This document shows, piece by piece, positions 9,268 through 18,550 of a stretch of 64,000 nucleotides of DNA; positions within the stretch are counted from its first letter, which is position 1; each line of letters opens with the position of its first letter. The position numbers and the translations under genes are program-made. This stretch comes from an uncultured Acidobacteriota bacterium (lineage in GTDB: Bacteria; Acidobacteriota; Thermoanaerobaculia; Gp7-AA8): NCBI GenBank assembly GCA_963822445.1, contig CAWGHO010000003.1, positions 1,056,001 to 1,120,000 of the forward strand, given 5' to 3'. The notes below the pieces were generated by a model. It had not been told where the DNA came from. It saw nothing but the letters and a program-made list of their open reading frames with translations, and did no database searches.

Positions 9268-9402
9268 AGACTTATTTGTGATCGCGGCTACACGGCGCCG
9301 CGCTTAAGGCGTTACCATCGTTCCATTCCACCGGACCTCTCGCGCCTCCTGACAGCCACTTACTCAGCGAATGCCCTGTCATTCGCGACGCTGTTCGTCT
9401 CG

Positions 9403-12400
9403 GTGGCCATCCTCCTCCTCGGCCTTGGCGCACTCGTCCGTGGCCGCAAGATCGCGGCGAGCCGGCTCTTCTTCCTCATCACCCTGACCGCCGCCGGTTG
9501 GCTTGCTGCCTTCGCGGCGATGTATGCCGCCGGTGACGCGGCAACCGCGCTCACCCTCGGCCGCCTCGGATTCTTCTTCGGGGCCATGGTCCCCGCGGCC
9601 GTTTTCCACTTTGCGACCGAGGTCGTGGGGCGGCGGCGGCACTACCGGCCTTCGATCGTGCTGTTCTGGCTCGGGTGCGCGGGCGTGGGCATCGTCGGTC
9701 TGACGACAGATGCGGTCATCGGCAACGTGCGCCGCTACGCGTGGGGCTCTTACGTGATGGGCCGACCGTTCGGCGGACTGGTCGTCCTCGGATTCGTGGC
9801 CATCCTCATCGCCAGCGTCCATCTCTTCTGGCGTGCCTATCGGAACGCGGAAGGGAACGCGAGGGAGCGCGCCCTCACGCTGCTGCTGGCGTTCCTTCTC
9901 GGGCTGCTGGCCATGTTCGATTACCTGCCGTCGGTCGGCGTCGATCTGCAGCCGATCGGCTTCGTGGCCGCGCTGGGATTCTTCGTCGTTGCCGCGACCG
10001 CGGTCTGGCGATTCGAGAGTGCCGACATCACGCCCGAATTCGCGGCCGGTCAGATCCTCGAGACGATGAAAGGCGCGGTCATCGTCGCGGACATGTCCGG
10101 CACCATTCGCGTCGTCAATCGCGCCGCGGTGAATCTACTCGGCTATGAACCGGAACAACTCCGCGGCACGCACGTGCGGACCATCCTTCCGCCGGCGCAG
10201 AACCTCACCACCGGCCAGCTTCTGAACAGTCTGGGCGTGCTCGAGCACTCGATGGTCTGGCGCGCCGCCGATGGCTCGAGCGTCGACGTCCTGGCGGCGT
10301 CGTCCTTCCTGCGCGATGACGATGGAGCGGCCGTGGCCGTCGTCTACATCGCCAGCGACTACACCGAGCGCAAACGCGCCGAACAGGCCCTGCGCGAGAG
10401 CGAGCACCGCTATCGCACGCTCTTCGAGATGAACCCGCTGCCGATGTGGGTCTACGACTTCGAAACGCTGCAATTCACGGCGGTCAACGACGCCGCGCTT
10501 CGCCATTACGGCTACACCCGCGACGAGTTCCTGCAGATGAAGATCACCGACATCCGTCCGCAGGAGGACATCCCGCGCGTGATGGAAGCGTTGCGCGACC
10601 TCGGTGAGCGTCGCGGACCGCACCCGTTCCGTCATCGCAAGAAAGACGGAACGATCTTCGACGCCGAGATCACGTCCTTCGAGTTCCTGTCGGGAAGCCG
10701 GCGGGCGCGACTGGTCATCGCCCAGGACGTCACCGAGCGCAATCGCGCCGAAGACGAGTTGCGCCGCAGCGAGGAGCGTTATCGCGAGCTGTTCGAGAAC
10801 GCGAACGACATCGTCTACACGCACGACCTGCACGGGATCGTCACCTCGATGAACGTGGCCGGCGAGCGGATGACCGGCTATTCGCGCGACGAGGTCCTCG
10901 GCCGTCCGATCTCCGATTTCGTCGCGCCGGAGCAACGCGAGCGCGGACGCGACGCGATGGCTCGCAAGGTTCGCGGCGAGGTCACGGCGACGTTTTACGA
11001 GATCGAGATCACCCGCAAGGACGGTCGCCGCATTCCGCTGGAAGTGGGAACGCGGCTGATTTACGAGGACGGCGTTCCGGTCGCGATCCAGGGCATCGGC
11101 CGCGACATCAGCGAACGCAAGGAAAGCGAGGCCCGCTTCCGCCTGCTGTTCGAGCGCAACCTCGCCGGCGTCTATCGAACCACCACCGACGGGCGCATCC
11201 TGGACTGCAACGAAGCGTGTGCACGCATCTTCGGCTACGACTTCCGCGAGGAGTTCCTTGGCCTCGACGCGGCGGACTTCTATTTCGACGATCGCGAGCG
11301 CGACCGGGTCGTGCAGATGCTCAACGACCAGCGCTCGATCAGCAACATGGAGTTGCGCCTCCGGCGGCGCGACGGATCGACGGTGTGGGTCCTCGAGAAC
11401 GTGAACCTCCTCGATCACGGCGTGATGGAGGGGACCATCATCGACATCACCGATCGCAAGCACGCCCAGGAGCAGATGGAGTATCAGGCGTATCACGACG
11501 CGCTGACCTCACTGCCGAACCGGCTGCTGTTCCGCGATCGCATCACCGTCGCGCAGGCACACGCGCGGCGCAATGCCCGCACGATTGCGGTGATGTTCCT
11601 CGACCTCGATCAATTCAAGCTCGTCAACGACACCCTCGGCCACACGGTCGGGGACGGGCTTCTGCAGTCGATCGCCTCACGCCTCGTGAATTGCGTTCGT
11701 GCGGAAGACACGGTCGCACGCATGGGCGGCGACGAGTTCACGATCCTTCTTGCTGACCTGAACGATCGCCGCGGTGCGGCGGCGGTCGCGCAGAAGATCC
11801 TCGATGCCGTGCGTCATCCGGTTCGCGTCGACGAACATGAGCTGTACGTGACCACGTCGATCGGAATCGCGATCTTCCCTGACGATGGTGACGATGCCGA
11901 GACGCTGCTCAAGAACGCGGACCGGGCGATGTATCGCGCGAAAGAGCTCGGCCGCGACAACTATCAATACGCGACCGCGGCGAACCTCGACGGCACCGAC
12001 TCGCGCCTGACGCTGGAGCGCGATCTGCGCCGTGGTCTCGAGCGCAACGAGCTGGTCGTGCATTACCACCCGATGATCGACATCGCCAGCGGCCGCGTCG
12101 TCGGTGCGGAAGCGCTGGTGCGCTGGAACCATCCCGAGCATGGGCTGATGCAGCCGGAAGAGTTCATCCCCATCGCCGAGGAGACTCAGCTCATCGTGCC
12201 GCTCGGCGCGTGGGTGCTGCGCACGGCGTGCAAACAGATGAAGGCGTGGCACGACGCGGGGCACCCCCGGCTACGTGTTGCCGTAAATCTCTCGCCGCGG
12301 CAATTTCAGGATCGCAATCTCGTCGCGACCGTCGAAGGCATTCTCGCGGAGACAGGATTCCCGGCCCCGTTGCTCGATCTGGAGATCACCGAGTCGACGG

Positions 12401-12816
12401 CGATGCAGAACGCGGAGCTTTCACTGGCGATCCTGAACCGGCTCAAGGAGATGGGAATCCGCATCTCCATCGACGACTTCGGCACCGGCTACTCGTCGCT
12501 CAGTTACCTCAAGCGGTTCCCGATCGACACGGTGAAGATCGATCAGGATTTCGTGCGCGACCTCACCAGCGACGACGCGGCGATCATCATCGCCGTCATC
12601 TCCATGGCTCGCGCGCTGAACCTGCGCGTGGTCGCGGAAGGGGTGGAGACGCAGGAACAACTCGACTTCCTGCGGCGCGAAAACTGCGCGGAAATGCAGG
12701 GATTTCTCTACAGCCATCCGCTCTCCGCCGCCGAATTCGAAAAGGATCTGCAGGGCAATCCGAACGGTGTGTCGGGACGTCCAGCACCGCGCCGGTCGAG
12801 GTTGACAGTCGAGTGA
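9403..12816 (+). CDS. 7TM sensor + multiple PAS + GGDEF-EAL (diguanylate cyclase/phosphodiesterase)
   Basis: N-terminal TM bundle; four PAS/PAC repeats (DYTERK, DVTERN, DISERK, DITDRK); RAED..RMGGDEF, EALVRW, DDFGTGYSS. True start may be upstream (CTG 9349). Confidence 0.93.
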   Translation: MAILLLGLGALVRGRKIAASRLFFLITLTAAGWLAAFAAMYAAGDAATALTLGRLGFFFGAMVPAAVFHFATEVVGRRRHYRPSIVLFWLGCAGVGIVGLTTDAVIGNVRRYAWGSYVMGRPFGGLVVLGFVAILIASVHLFWRAYRNAEGNARERALTLLLAFLLGLLAMFDYLPSVGVDLQPIGFVAALGFFVVAATAVWRFESADITPEFAAGQILETMKGAVIVADMSGTIRVVNRAAVNLLGYEPEQLRGTHVRTILPPAQNLTTGQLLNSLGVLEHSMVWRAADGSSVDVLAASSFLRDDDGAAVAVVYIASDYTERKRAEQALRESEHRYRTLFEMNPLPMWVYDFETLQFTAVNDAALRHYGYTRDEFLQMKITDIRPQEDIPRVMEALRDLGERRGPHPFRHRKKDGTIFDAEITSFEFLSGSRRARLVIAQDVTERNRAEDELRRSEERYRELFENANDIVYTHDLHGIVTSMNVAGERMTGYSRDEVLGRPISDFVAPEQRERGRDAMARKVRGEVTATFYEIEITRKDGRRIPLEVGTRLIYEDGVPVAIQGIGRDISERKESEARFRLLFERNLAGVYRTTTDGRILDCNEACARIFGYDFREEFLGLDAADFYFDDRERDRVVQMLNDQRSISNMELRLRRRDGSTVWVLENVNLLDHGVMEGTIIDITDRKHAQEQMEYQAYHDALTSLPNRLLFRDRITVAQAHARRNARTIAVMFLDLDQFKLVNDTLGHTVGDGLLQSIASRLVNCVRAEDTVARMGGDEFTILLADLNDRRGAAAVAQKILDAVRHPVRVDEHELYVTTSIGIAIFPDDGDDAETLLKNADRAMYRAKELGRDNYQYATAANLDGTDSRLTLERDLRRGLERNELVVHYHPMIDIASGRVVGAEALVRWNHPEHGLMQPEEFIPIAEETQLIVPLGAWVLRTACKQMKAWHDAGHPRLRVAVNLSPRQFQDRNLVATVEGILAETGFPAPLLDLEITESTAMQNAELSLAILNRLKEMGIRISIDDFGTGYSSLSYLKRFPIDTVKIDQDFVRDLTSDDAAIIIAVISMARALNLRVVAEGVETQEQLDFLRRENCAEMQGFLYSHPLSAAEFEKDLQGNPNGVSGRPAPRRSRLTVE

Positions 12817-12858
12817 CCGCGGTGCAGTATCCGCGACTCTGGTAGCGGAACCGAGGAT

Positions 12859-13311
12859 ATGAACGAGCCGCACAGCCGCGTACTGATCGTCGACGACGAC
12901 CCCCAGGTCCGCAGCATCCTCGCCACGGCACTCGCTCAGAAATCGCTGAGCGTCGACCAGGCCACCAACGGCCGCGAGGCCATCGAGATGCTTCACGAGC
13001 ACACCTACGCCGCGGTGCTGCTCGACCTGATGATGCCGCACGTCGACGGCTTCGGCGTGCTCGACGCGATCAAGACCGACCTTCCCGATCCGCCGGTCGT
13101 GCTCATCGTGACCGGTGCGTCGCGCGAGCTCATCGAACGGCTCGATACGCAACGCATTCACGGCGTGGTGCGCAAGCCGTTCGATCCTCTCGAGGTCGCG
13201 TCGATCGTTGCCGCGATCGCCGACGTCCGCGGCCGGAGCTCGTTCGAGACGATGGCAATCGCCACGGTGATGTCGGGTGGGGCGCTGATCACCTGGCTGC
13301 GCGGGTTTTGA
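12859..13311 (+). CDS. Single-domain response regulator (REC) with hydrophobic C-terminal tail
   Basis: VLIVDDD, LLDLMMP, VTG, KPF; GAGG SD. Confidence 0.9.
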   Translation: MNEPHSRVLIVDDDPQVRSILATALAQKSLSVDQATNGREAIEMLHEHTYAAVLLDLMMPHVDGFGVLDAIKTDLPDPPVVLIVTGASRELIERLDTQRIHGVVRKPFDPLEVASIVAAIADVRGRSSFETMAIATVMSGGALITWLRGF

Positions 13312-13749
13312 TCAAAACAACAGATCCGCGAGCATCAGGATCACGCCGGCGGTGAGAAGTGGTTTCAGCCCGCCGTTGTCTCCCTCACCGGCGCACGCCT
13401 TCACCGCGTTGAGGAGAACCTCCACGTCGAACGGTTTGGCGACGACGCCGCAGATCGGATATGTGCGGACGCGCTGCAGTTGCCGCTCGGTCAGCGAGGC
13501 CGTGACCACGAGGATGCGCTCGAGCATTTCCGGCCGCTGGGCCTGAGCGAAATCGAGCACGTCGTAACCATCGGAGCGGGGCATGAGCAGGTCGAGAAGA
13601 ACGGCCGCATACCGCCGGCTGGTGAGCTTCGCGATTGCTTCGGCGCCGTCGTGCGCGACCTCGACGATGAAGTCATTGCGGAGCAGCGCGATGAGAAGCG
13701 TGCAGGTCGCCTCGTTGTCGTCCGCGATCAGAACGAAAGGTTTTTCCAC
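13312..13749 (-). CDS. Single-domain response regulator (REC) with hydrophobic C-terminal tail
   Basis: VLIADDN, LLDLLMP, VTA, KPF. Confidence 0.9.
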   Translation of the reverse strand: MEKPFVLIADDNEATCTLLIALLRNDFIVEVAHDGAEAIAKLTSRRYAAVLLDLLMPRSDGYDVLDFAQAQRPEMLERILVVTASLTERQLQRVRTYPICGVVAKPFDVEVLLNAVKACAGEGDNGGLKPLLTAGVILMLADLLF

Positions 13750-13827
13750 TCTGGCTCGGTCTCCGGTTTGGACGATGGCCGCGATTGTAACCTATACTTT
13801 CGCTCCCTCTGAACGGACCCTCCGCGC

Positions 13828-15006
13828 GTGCCACCTCGCTATCCAAAAGACGAAGAGCACACCTACAAAAGGCACAAGAAGGACCTCGAGAAACGCCTTC
13901 CTCCTGATCAGTTGAAAGAGCGGAAGCGCGCCGGAAAACTGCGCCGCGCCTTCCGCAAAGACGAAGGTGAGGTGCGCGAGCACCGCATCACCGAAGACAA
14001 CTGGGAGTCGCTGCTCGACAAGCATGGCCACAGCCCGAAGCGGCCGCTCTTGTCGACGCTGGTCGAAGAGCTTCGCGTCGGTGAGCCGGTCTTCACCGAT
14101 GAAGACCGCGCCGGCAGCGCCATCGTCATCAGCGTGGCCAGCGGACGATGCCGGGTGTTCCTCGAAGGTCAAGAACTTGACTGCCTGATTCCGAAGGAAC
14201 TGGCCCTGCTCCAGAAAAGCTCGCTGACGGTCGGCGACCGCGTGCGGGTCTTCGACGATGGCGGCATCTGGAAGCTGCAGAACGTGCTGCCGCGGCACAG
14301 CGTGCTCGCGCGTCCCGATCCGCTGCACAAGCACATGCAGCGGCTCATCGCGGCCAACGTCGACGTCGTCATTCACGTCGTTTCCGTGAAAGCGCCGCCG
14401 CTTCGCCCGCGACTGATCGATCGCTTTCTGATCGCCATTCAGCGCGGCGGCGCGCATCCCGTCATCTGCGTCAACAAGGTCGACCTGCTCAGCAGAGAGG
14501 AACGCGACGCCGAAATCATCAAGCTCGCCCCCTACCTCGACCTCGGCGTCCCGGTCATCGGCTGTTCGTCGAAAACGGGCGAGGGACTCGAGCAACTGCG
14601 CGCCGAGGTGGAAGGGAAGATGGCCGCGCTGGTCGGCCACAGCGGCGTCGGCAAGTCGTCGATCCTCAACGCGCTCGATACGACGTTGCAGCTCGCCACG
14701 CGAACCTTGCACAAGCGGGGGACGGGGAGACACACGACCACGGCGTCGACGCTCTACGACTTCGGCGGCGGGACGTACCTGATCGATACGCCCGGCATCC
14801 GCGAGTTCGGTCTCTGGGATCTCGATCGCGACGCGCTGCGCGATTACTTCCCGGAGTTCGAAGAGCCGATGGAGCTCTGCCGCTTCACCGACTGCACGCA
14901 CATCCACGAGCCCGACTGCGAGGTGAAGGATCGTGTCGAGAGCGGGGATCTGAGCGCGGCGCGGTACGAGACGTACGTGCGGCTCTGGCAGGATCTGGAC
15001 TCGTAG
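13828..15006 (+). CDS. rsgA: Ribosome small subunit-dependent GTPase A
   Basis: Circularly permuted GTPase (NKVD, GHSGVGKSS, GRHTT, DTPG); Zn finger CRFTDCTHIHEPDC; basic N-terminal extension. Confidence 0.93.
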   Translation: MPPRYPKDEEHTYKRHKKDLEKRLPPDQLKERKRAGKLRRAFRKDEGEVREHRITEDNWESLLDKHGHSPKRPLLSTLVEELRVGEPVFTDEDRAGSAIVISVASGRCRVFLEGQELDCLIPKELALLQKSSLTVGDRVRVFDDGGIWKLQNVLPRHSVLARPDPLHKHMQRLIAANVDVVIHVVSVKAPPLRPRLIDRFLIAIQRGGAHPVICVNKVDLLSREERDAEIIKLAPYLDLGVPVIGCSSKTGEGLEQLRAEVEGKMAALVGHSGVGKSSILNALDTTLQLATRTLHKRGTGRHTTTASTLYDFGGGTYLIDTPGIREFGLWDLDRDALRDYFPEFEEPMELCRFTDCTHIHEPDCEVKDRVESGDLSAARYETYVRLWQDLDS

Positions 15007-15016
15007 ACGCCCGCTT

Positions 15017-15032
15017 GTGCAGTTTTCTGCAC
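15017..15032. promoter_or_regulatory. Perfect inverted repeat, possible operator upstream of the peptide gene
   Basis: GTGCAG-TTTT-CTGCAC, with another GTGCAG at about 15062. Confidence 0.35.
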
Positions 15033-15140
15033 GACGTTATCTGCGCCAGGGGGTGGCATTCGTGCAGGATCCGTCACACCACCAGATAGAGGGCGCCCTC
15101 CCAACATTCGATCCGGCCGCAGGCCGGACTAGGAGGGCTT

Positions 15141-15329
15141 ATGCGTGGTCTGAGCAGGAGAGTGGGACGCGTTCTGGTCGTGGTGTCGGTGGCCGCTTTG
15201 CTCGCGGTGCCGGCGGAGGCAAGGCCACCGCGGGGTGACGACGGGTGGGTACCGAAGATCGTCGTGAAGATGCTCAAGAAACTGGGCCTCGGCACGCACG
15301 GCGACATGATCACCATCCCGCGACCGTAA
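15141..15329 (+). CDS. Small secreted propeptide (62 aa), candidate signalling peptide precursor
   Basis: Strong SD AGGAGGG; signal peptide ending VPAEA; C-terminus GTHGDMITIPRP; stop codon abuts the TPR gene stop. Confidence 0.75.
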   Translation: MRGLSRRVGRVLVVVSVAALLAVPAEARPPRGDDGWVPKIVVKMLKKLGLGTHGDMITIPRP

Positions 15330-16529
15330 TCACGGAAGGACGAACTCTCGCTCCGGATACTTCCGGAGCGAGACGATGTACTCGCGGACGCCGCCCACCA
15401 TCGCCACGGATGCCGTCCGCGCGGCAATCGCCTCCGAGAGGTAGCCGAGCGCGGTGATGGCGCGGGAGTTCAGTCCGGCGTTCGTGAACTCGAGGACGAC
15501 CTGCCGCGCCAGCGATTCCGCTTCGTGCGGTTCGCCGAGGGCCAGGCGGGCGTTGACGATTTCCAGCGCGCAGAGACCGGCTTCCTCGACCAAGCCATGC
15601 TCGAGGAACGTCCTGCGAACGGTCTTGAGGTGCGACACGGCGCGACGATACTCGCCGCGCCGCGAGAACAGAACGCCGCGAGCTCCCTCTGACCTCGCAG
15701 CCTGCACCGGCCAATCGAGCTCGCGGGCAAGCGCGACCGCTCGGTCGAGGTGCGACTCGGCGGCGGAGAAGTCGCTCAACTCAACGCTGATGTAGCCGAT
15801 GTCGTGATGCAGATGCGCCTCGGCCCGCCGATCGTCGAGCTCCTGCGCAACCTCCAGGAGCGCCGTGTACATCTCGCGGGCCTCGCGAAAGCGCTTCATC
15901 CGATGCAGCAGGCATCCTTCGGCGATCCCGCAACGAAGCGATCGCCGCGCGTCGCCATGCGCGCGGAACACGGCGCGGCATTCGGCGAGCAACTGCATCG
16001 ATTCTTCGAAGCGGCCCATCTCCTGTAGCGTCGTCGCGCGGACGAACCGGATGATGGCCAGGTCGTGGGCAAGCGTTCCGAACGAATTGAGGAGCGCGTC
16101 GGCTCGATCGAGCGCTTCCAGTGCTTCGTCGTGACGCGCGAGGTAGCACAGCGCCTGACCGCGATCCTTCCACGCATGAGCTCGAGCCTGCGCGACGACG
16201 ATCGGCGGATAAGTCATTGCCGGAATCGCGGCGGCGATGCTCGTGGCCAGCTCGGCGATGACCAGTGCTTCGCGCGGCTCGCGATCGAGTCGCGCTTCCA
16301 CTTCGCGGGCCAGAGCTTCGAGCGCGCCGACGGTATGGAGCGAGGCGCGCGACGCCAATGACGGCCATTCCTCGCGCGGCGTGTCGTTGAGTACGCGCGC
16401 GATGACGGTCGCGAAAGAATCCCGTTCCTCCTGAAGCCGCCTCGCCATCGTGGCGAACTCGCGCACGCGCACGGGATCGGGCAATCGTCGCGATCGTGAA
16501 AAGGGAACGAGCTTGCTCTCATCGGTCAC
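15330..16529 (-). CDS. Cytoplasmic tetratricopeptide-repeat protein (399 aa)
   Basis: Repeated TPR-like helices (AWKDRGQAL..EALEALDRA, HHDIGYI..AAESHLDRA); GTG start overlaps the sigma factor stop (GTGA); no signal peptide or TM. Confidence 0.85.
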   Translation of the reverse strand: MTDESKLVPFSRSRRLPDPVRVREFATMARRLQEERDSFATVIARVLNDTPREEWPSLASRASLHTVGALEALAREVEARLDREPREALVIAELATSIAAAIPAMTYPPIVVAQARAHAWKDRGQALCYLARHDEALEALDRADALLNSFGTLAHDLAIIRFVRATTLQEMGRFEESMQLLAECRAVFRAHGDARRSLRCGIAEGCLLHRMKRFREAREMYTALLEVAQELDDRRAEAHLHHDIGYISVELSDFSAAESHLDRAVALARELDWPVQAARSEGARGVLFSRRGEYRRAVSHLKTVRRTFLEHGLVEEAGLCALEIVNARLALGEPHEAESLARQVVLEFTNAGLNSRAITALGYLSEAIAARTASVAMVGGVREYIVSLRKYPEREFVLP

Positions 16530-17047
16530 TGCGCGCGTCCCTTCTCGCCGTAAAGCCGTTCGGCGCGGCGGAGACATTTCGTAATCAGCTTCTGCGCGTA
16601 CTTCGAGGTGACGCCGAGGGACTGGGCGATCTCGGGAACCGTGCAACCTTCGAAATAGCGCATGCGCAGCACCTCCTGACATCGCGGCGTCAGACACTCC
16701 AGCGCTTCGCGCGCGGCGAGCTGGTTGGGAAGACTGTCGAGGATGCGCAGCGATGCGGGATCGACTCGTTCGAGCTCGCTGTAATCGTCGGCGTCGATGA
16801 TCCGGCCATTGAGCCGCCAGTAATGCCGGCTGGCGTGACAGATCGCGCCGATGAGCCAGGAGCGGAGCTCGATGACGTCGTTGCTCTTGCGGAGATACGT
16901 GATCAGGACGTCGTGGACCAGCGTCTCCGCTTCCGAATCGGGCACCTGGAACTTGTAGGCCGCGATCTGGACGAGGAGGTCGAAGTACTGCTCGTAGATC
17001 GCCTCGAATTGCTGATCGTCGAGGCGCGGGCTCGTCTGAGGAGTCAT
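16526..17047 (-). CDS. ECF-type sigma-70 family RNA polymerase sigma factor (173 aa)
   Basis: Region 2 (AETLVHDVLI..RSWLIGAI..SRHYWR) and region 4 (LTPRCQEVLRMRYFEGCTVPEIAQSLG); start MTPQ at 17047. Confidence 0.9.
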   Translation of the reverse strand: MTPQTSPRLDDQQFEAIYEQYFDLLVQIAAYKFQVPDSEAETLVHDVLITYLRKSNDVIELRSWLIGAICHASRHYWRLNGRIIDADDYSELERVDPASLRILDSLPNQLAAREALECLTPRCQEVLRMRYFEGCTVPEIAQSLGVTSKYAQKLITKCLRRAERLYGEKGRAQ

Positions 17048-17101
17048 GGTGACAATCGCTGGATTAATGGTCAACGTACCACAGTAAGGAGGTAGGTAAA
17101 C

Positions 17102-17440
17102 GTGGATTTCCGCACACTCCTTAATGAGGACACGCGAGTGACGCGCATAGGAGTCGGAAGGGGAGAAAACAGGAACGTTTACGCGCCATCGAAGGTCGTG
17201 CGCATGCCTCGTGGCGACAATTCGATGGTCGCGCAATTCATCCGCTATCACGTCCTGATCCGTGTTTACGACGGTGACGCGGACGCATGGCTGACGCGAC
17301 TAAAGGAGCACGGCGGCGATGAAGGCGATGTGCGTTTCGTGCGCTGGATTCGTTCGCGCGTGCGCAAGGACCCGGCGTTGATGGGCGCGATCAGGAGAAT
17401 GGTGGAGGCGACGCCGTTCTGGAAGGTTGCGGAGGCATGA
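17102..17440 (+). CDS. Hypothetical protein divergent from the ECF sigma factor
   Basis: AAGGAGG upstream of GTG 17102; helical C-terminal part; alternative start at 17204. Confidence 0.6.
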   Translation: MDFRTLLNEDTRVTRIGVGRGENRNVYAPSKVVRMPRGDNSMVAQFIRYHVLIRVYDGDADAWLTRLKEHGGDEGDVRFVRWIRSRVRKDPALMGAIRRMVEATPFWKVAEA

Positions 17441-17455
17441 GATATTGCGCGGCTC

Positions 17456-18034
17456 ATGGAGTTCACCCTCAACCCCCGCGAGATCGGCTTCGTCCGCCTC
17501 GACTTCGCTGAGCTCTTCGGCAACAGCAATCCGGTGATTCTCGAGATCGGCTCGGGCAAGGGCCGCTTTCTCATCAGCACGGCCACTGAACGCCCGGACC
17601 TGAATCTGCTCGGGATCGAGAAATCGCTGCACTATCACCGCGTCATTCGCGATCGCGTCCTCAAGCGCAATCTGCAGAACATCCGGCTCATCAATCACGA
17701 CGCCTTTCTCGTGCTGCGGGACATGATCCCTGACGCCTCACTGGCCGAGATTCACGTCTACTTTCCCGACCCCTGGCCGCGCAAGAAGGAACAGAAGCGG
17801 CGGATCATCCGCTCGGAGGTGCTCGAGCAGTTCCGGCGCACGCTCGTCGACGGCGGATGGGGGATCTACGTGACCGATCACCGCGAGTACTACGAAGTCG
17901 CCGCGCCGCTGATCGAGCAGCATTTCCGCGCCGAGCGGCGCATCCCCGGCCCCGAAGACGTGCCCCGTACGAATTACGAGGCGAAGTACCGGGCCGAAGG
18001 GCGGGAGATTTATGAGGTCAGGTTTTGGAAGTGA
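17456..18034 (+). CDS. trmB: tRNA (guanine-N7)-methyltransferase
   Basis: LEIGSGKG, GIEK, FPDPWPRKK..KRR, TD, TNYEAK. Confidence 0.93.
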   Translation: MEFTLNPREIGFVRLDFAELFGNSNPVILEIGSGKGRFLISTATERPDLNLLGIEKSLHYHRVIRDRVLKRNLQNIRLINHDAFLVLRDMIPDASLAEIHVYFPDPWPRKKEQKRRIIRSEVLEQFRRTLVDGGWGIYVTDHREYYEVAAPLIEQHFRAERRIPGPEDVPRTNYEAKYRAEGREIYEVRFWK

Positions 18035-18049
18035 CGGCATAATCCCTGA

Positions 18050-18550
18050 GTGCGCATTCTTGGAATCGACCCCGGCTCGGTTTCGACCGGCTTCGGCGTC
18101 ATCGACTACGAGCGCGGCCGTCTGACGCTCGTCGATCAGGGCTCGATCAACACGAAGCGCGGCGCGGACCTGGCCGAGCGTCTGGCGCACATTCACGAAG
18201 GGCTGAGCGCCGTCATCGCCCGCACGCAACCGGTCGCGGCCGCGGTTGAAACGCCGTTTGCCGGCCACAACGTGAAGAGCCTCATCCAGCTGTCCCATGC
18301 TCGTGGCGTGATCCTGCTCGCCGCCCGCACCGCCAATCTCGAGGTCTTCGAATACGCGCCGCGCTCGGTGAAGAGCGCGGTGGTCGGATACGGCGGCGCG
18401 GAGAAGGAGCAGGTGGCGAAGATGGTGCGGATGCTGCTCCCGGGATGCGCGACACTGAAGATGTCGGCGGACGCGTCCGATGCGCTGGCGATTGCCATCT
18501 GCCACGCGCACACGGCCGGGACCGCCGCGCGTCTCAAGATACGAGCATGA
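18050..18550 (+). CDS. ruvC: Holliday junction resolvase RuvC
   Basis: ILGIDPG, AVE, ARGV, VKSAVVGYGGAEKEQV, DASDALAIAICH. Confidence 0.96.
   Translation: MRILGIDPGSVSTGFGVIDYERGRLTLVDQGSINTKRGADLAERLAHIHEGLSAVIARTQPVAAAVETPFAGHNVKSLIQLSHARGVILLAARTANLEVFEYAPRSVKSAVVGYGGAEKEQVAKMVRMLLPGCATLKMSADASDALAIAICHAHTAGTAARLKIRA

Noticed and set aside
15054-15070. sigma54 promoter for the peptide gene (TGGCATTCGTGCAGG)
   Set aside because: GG-to-GC spacing is 7 nt, not 10
15141-15329. Peptide as a RiPP/bacteriocin precursor
   Set aside because: No modifying enzyme, peptidase or exporter adjacent; it has an ordinary Sec-type signal peptide
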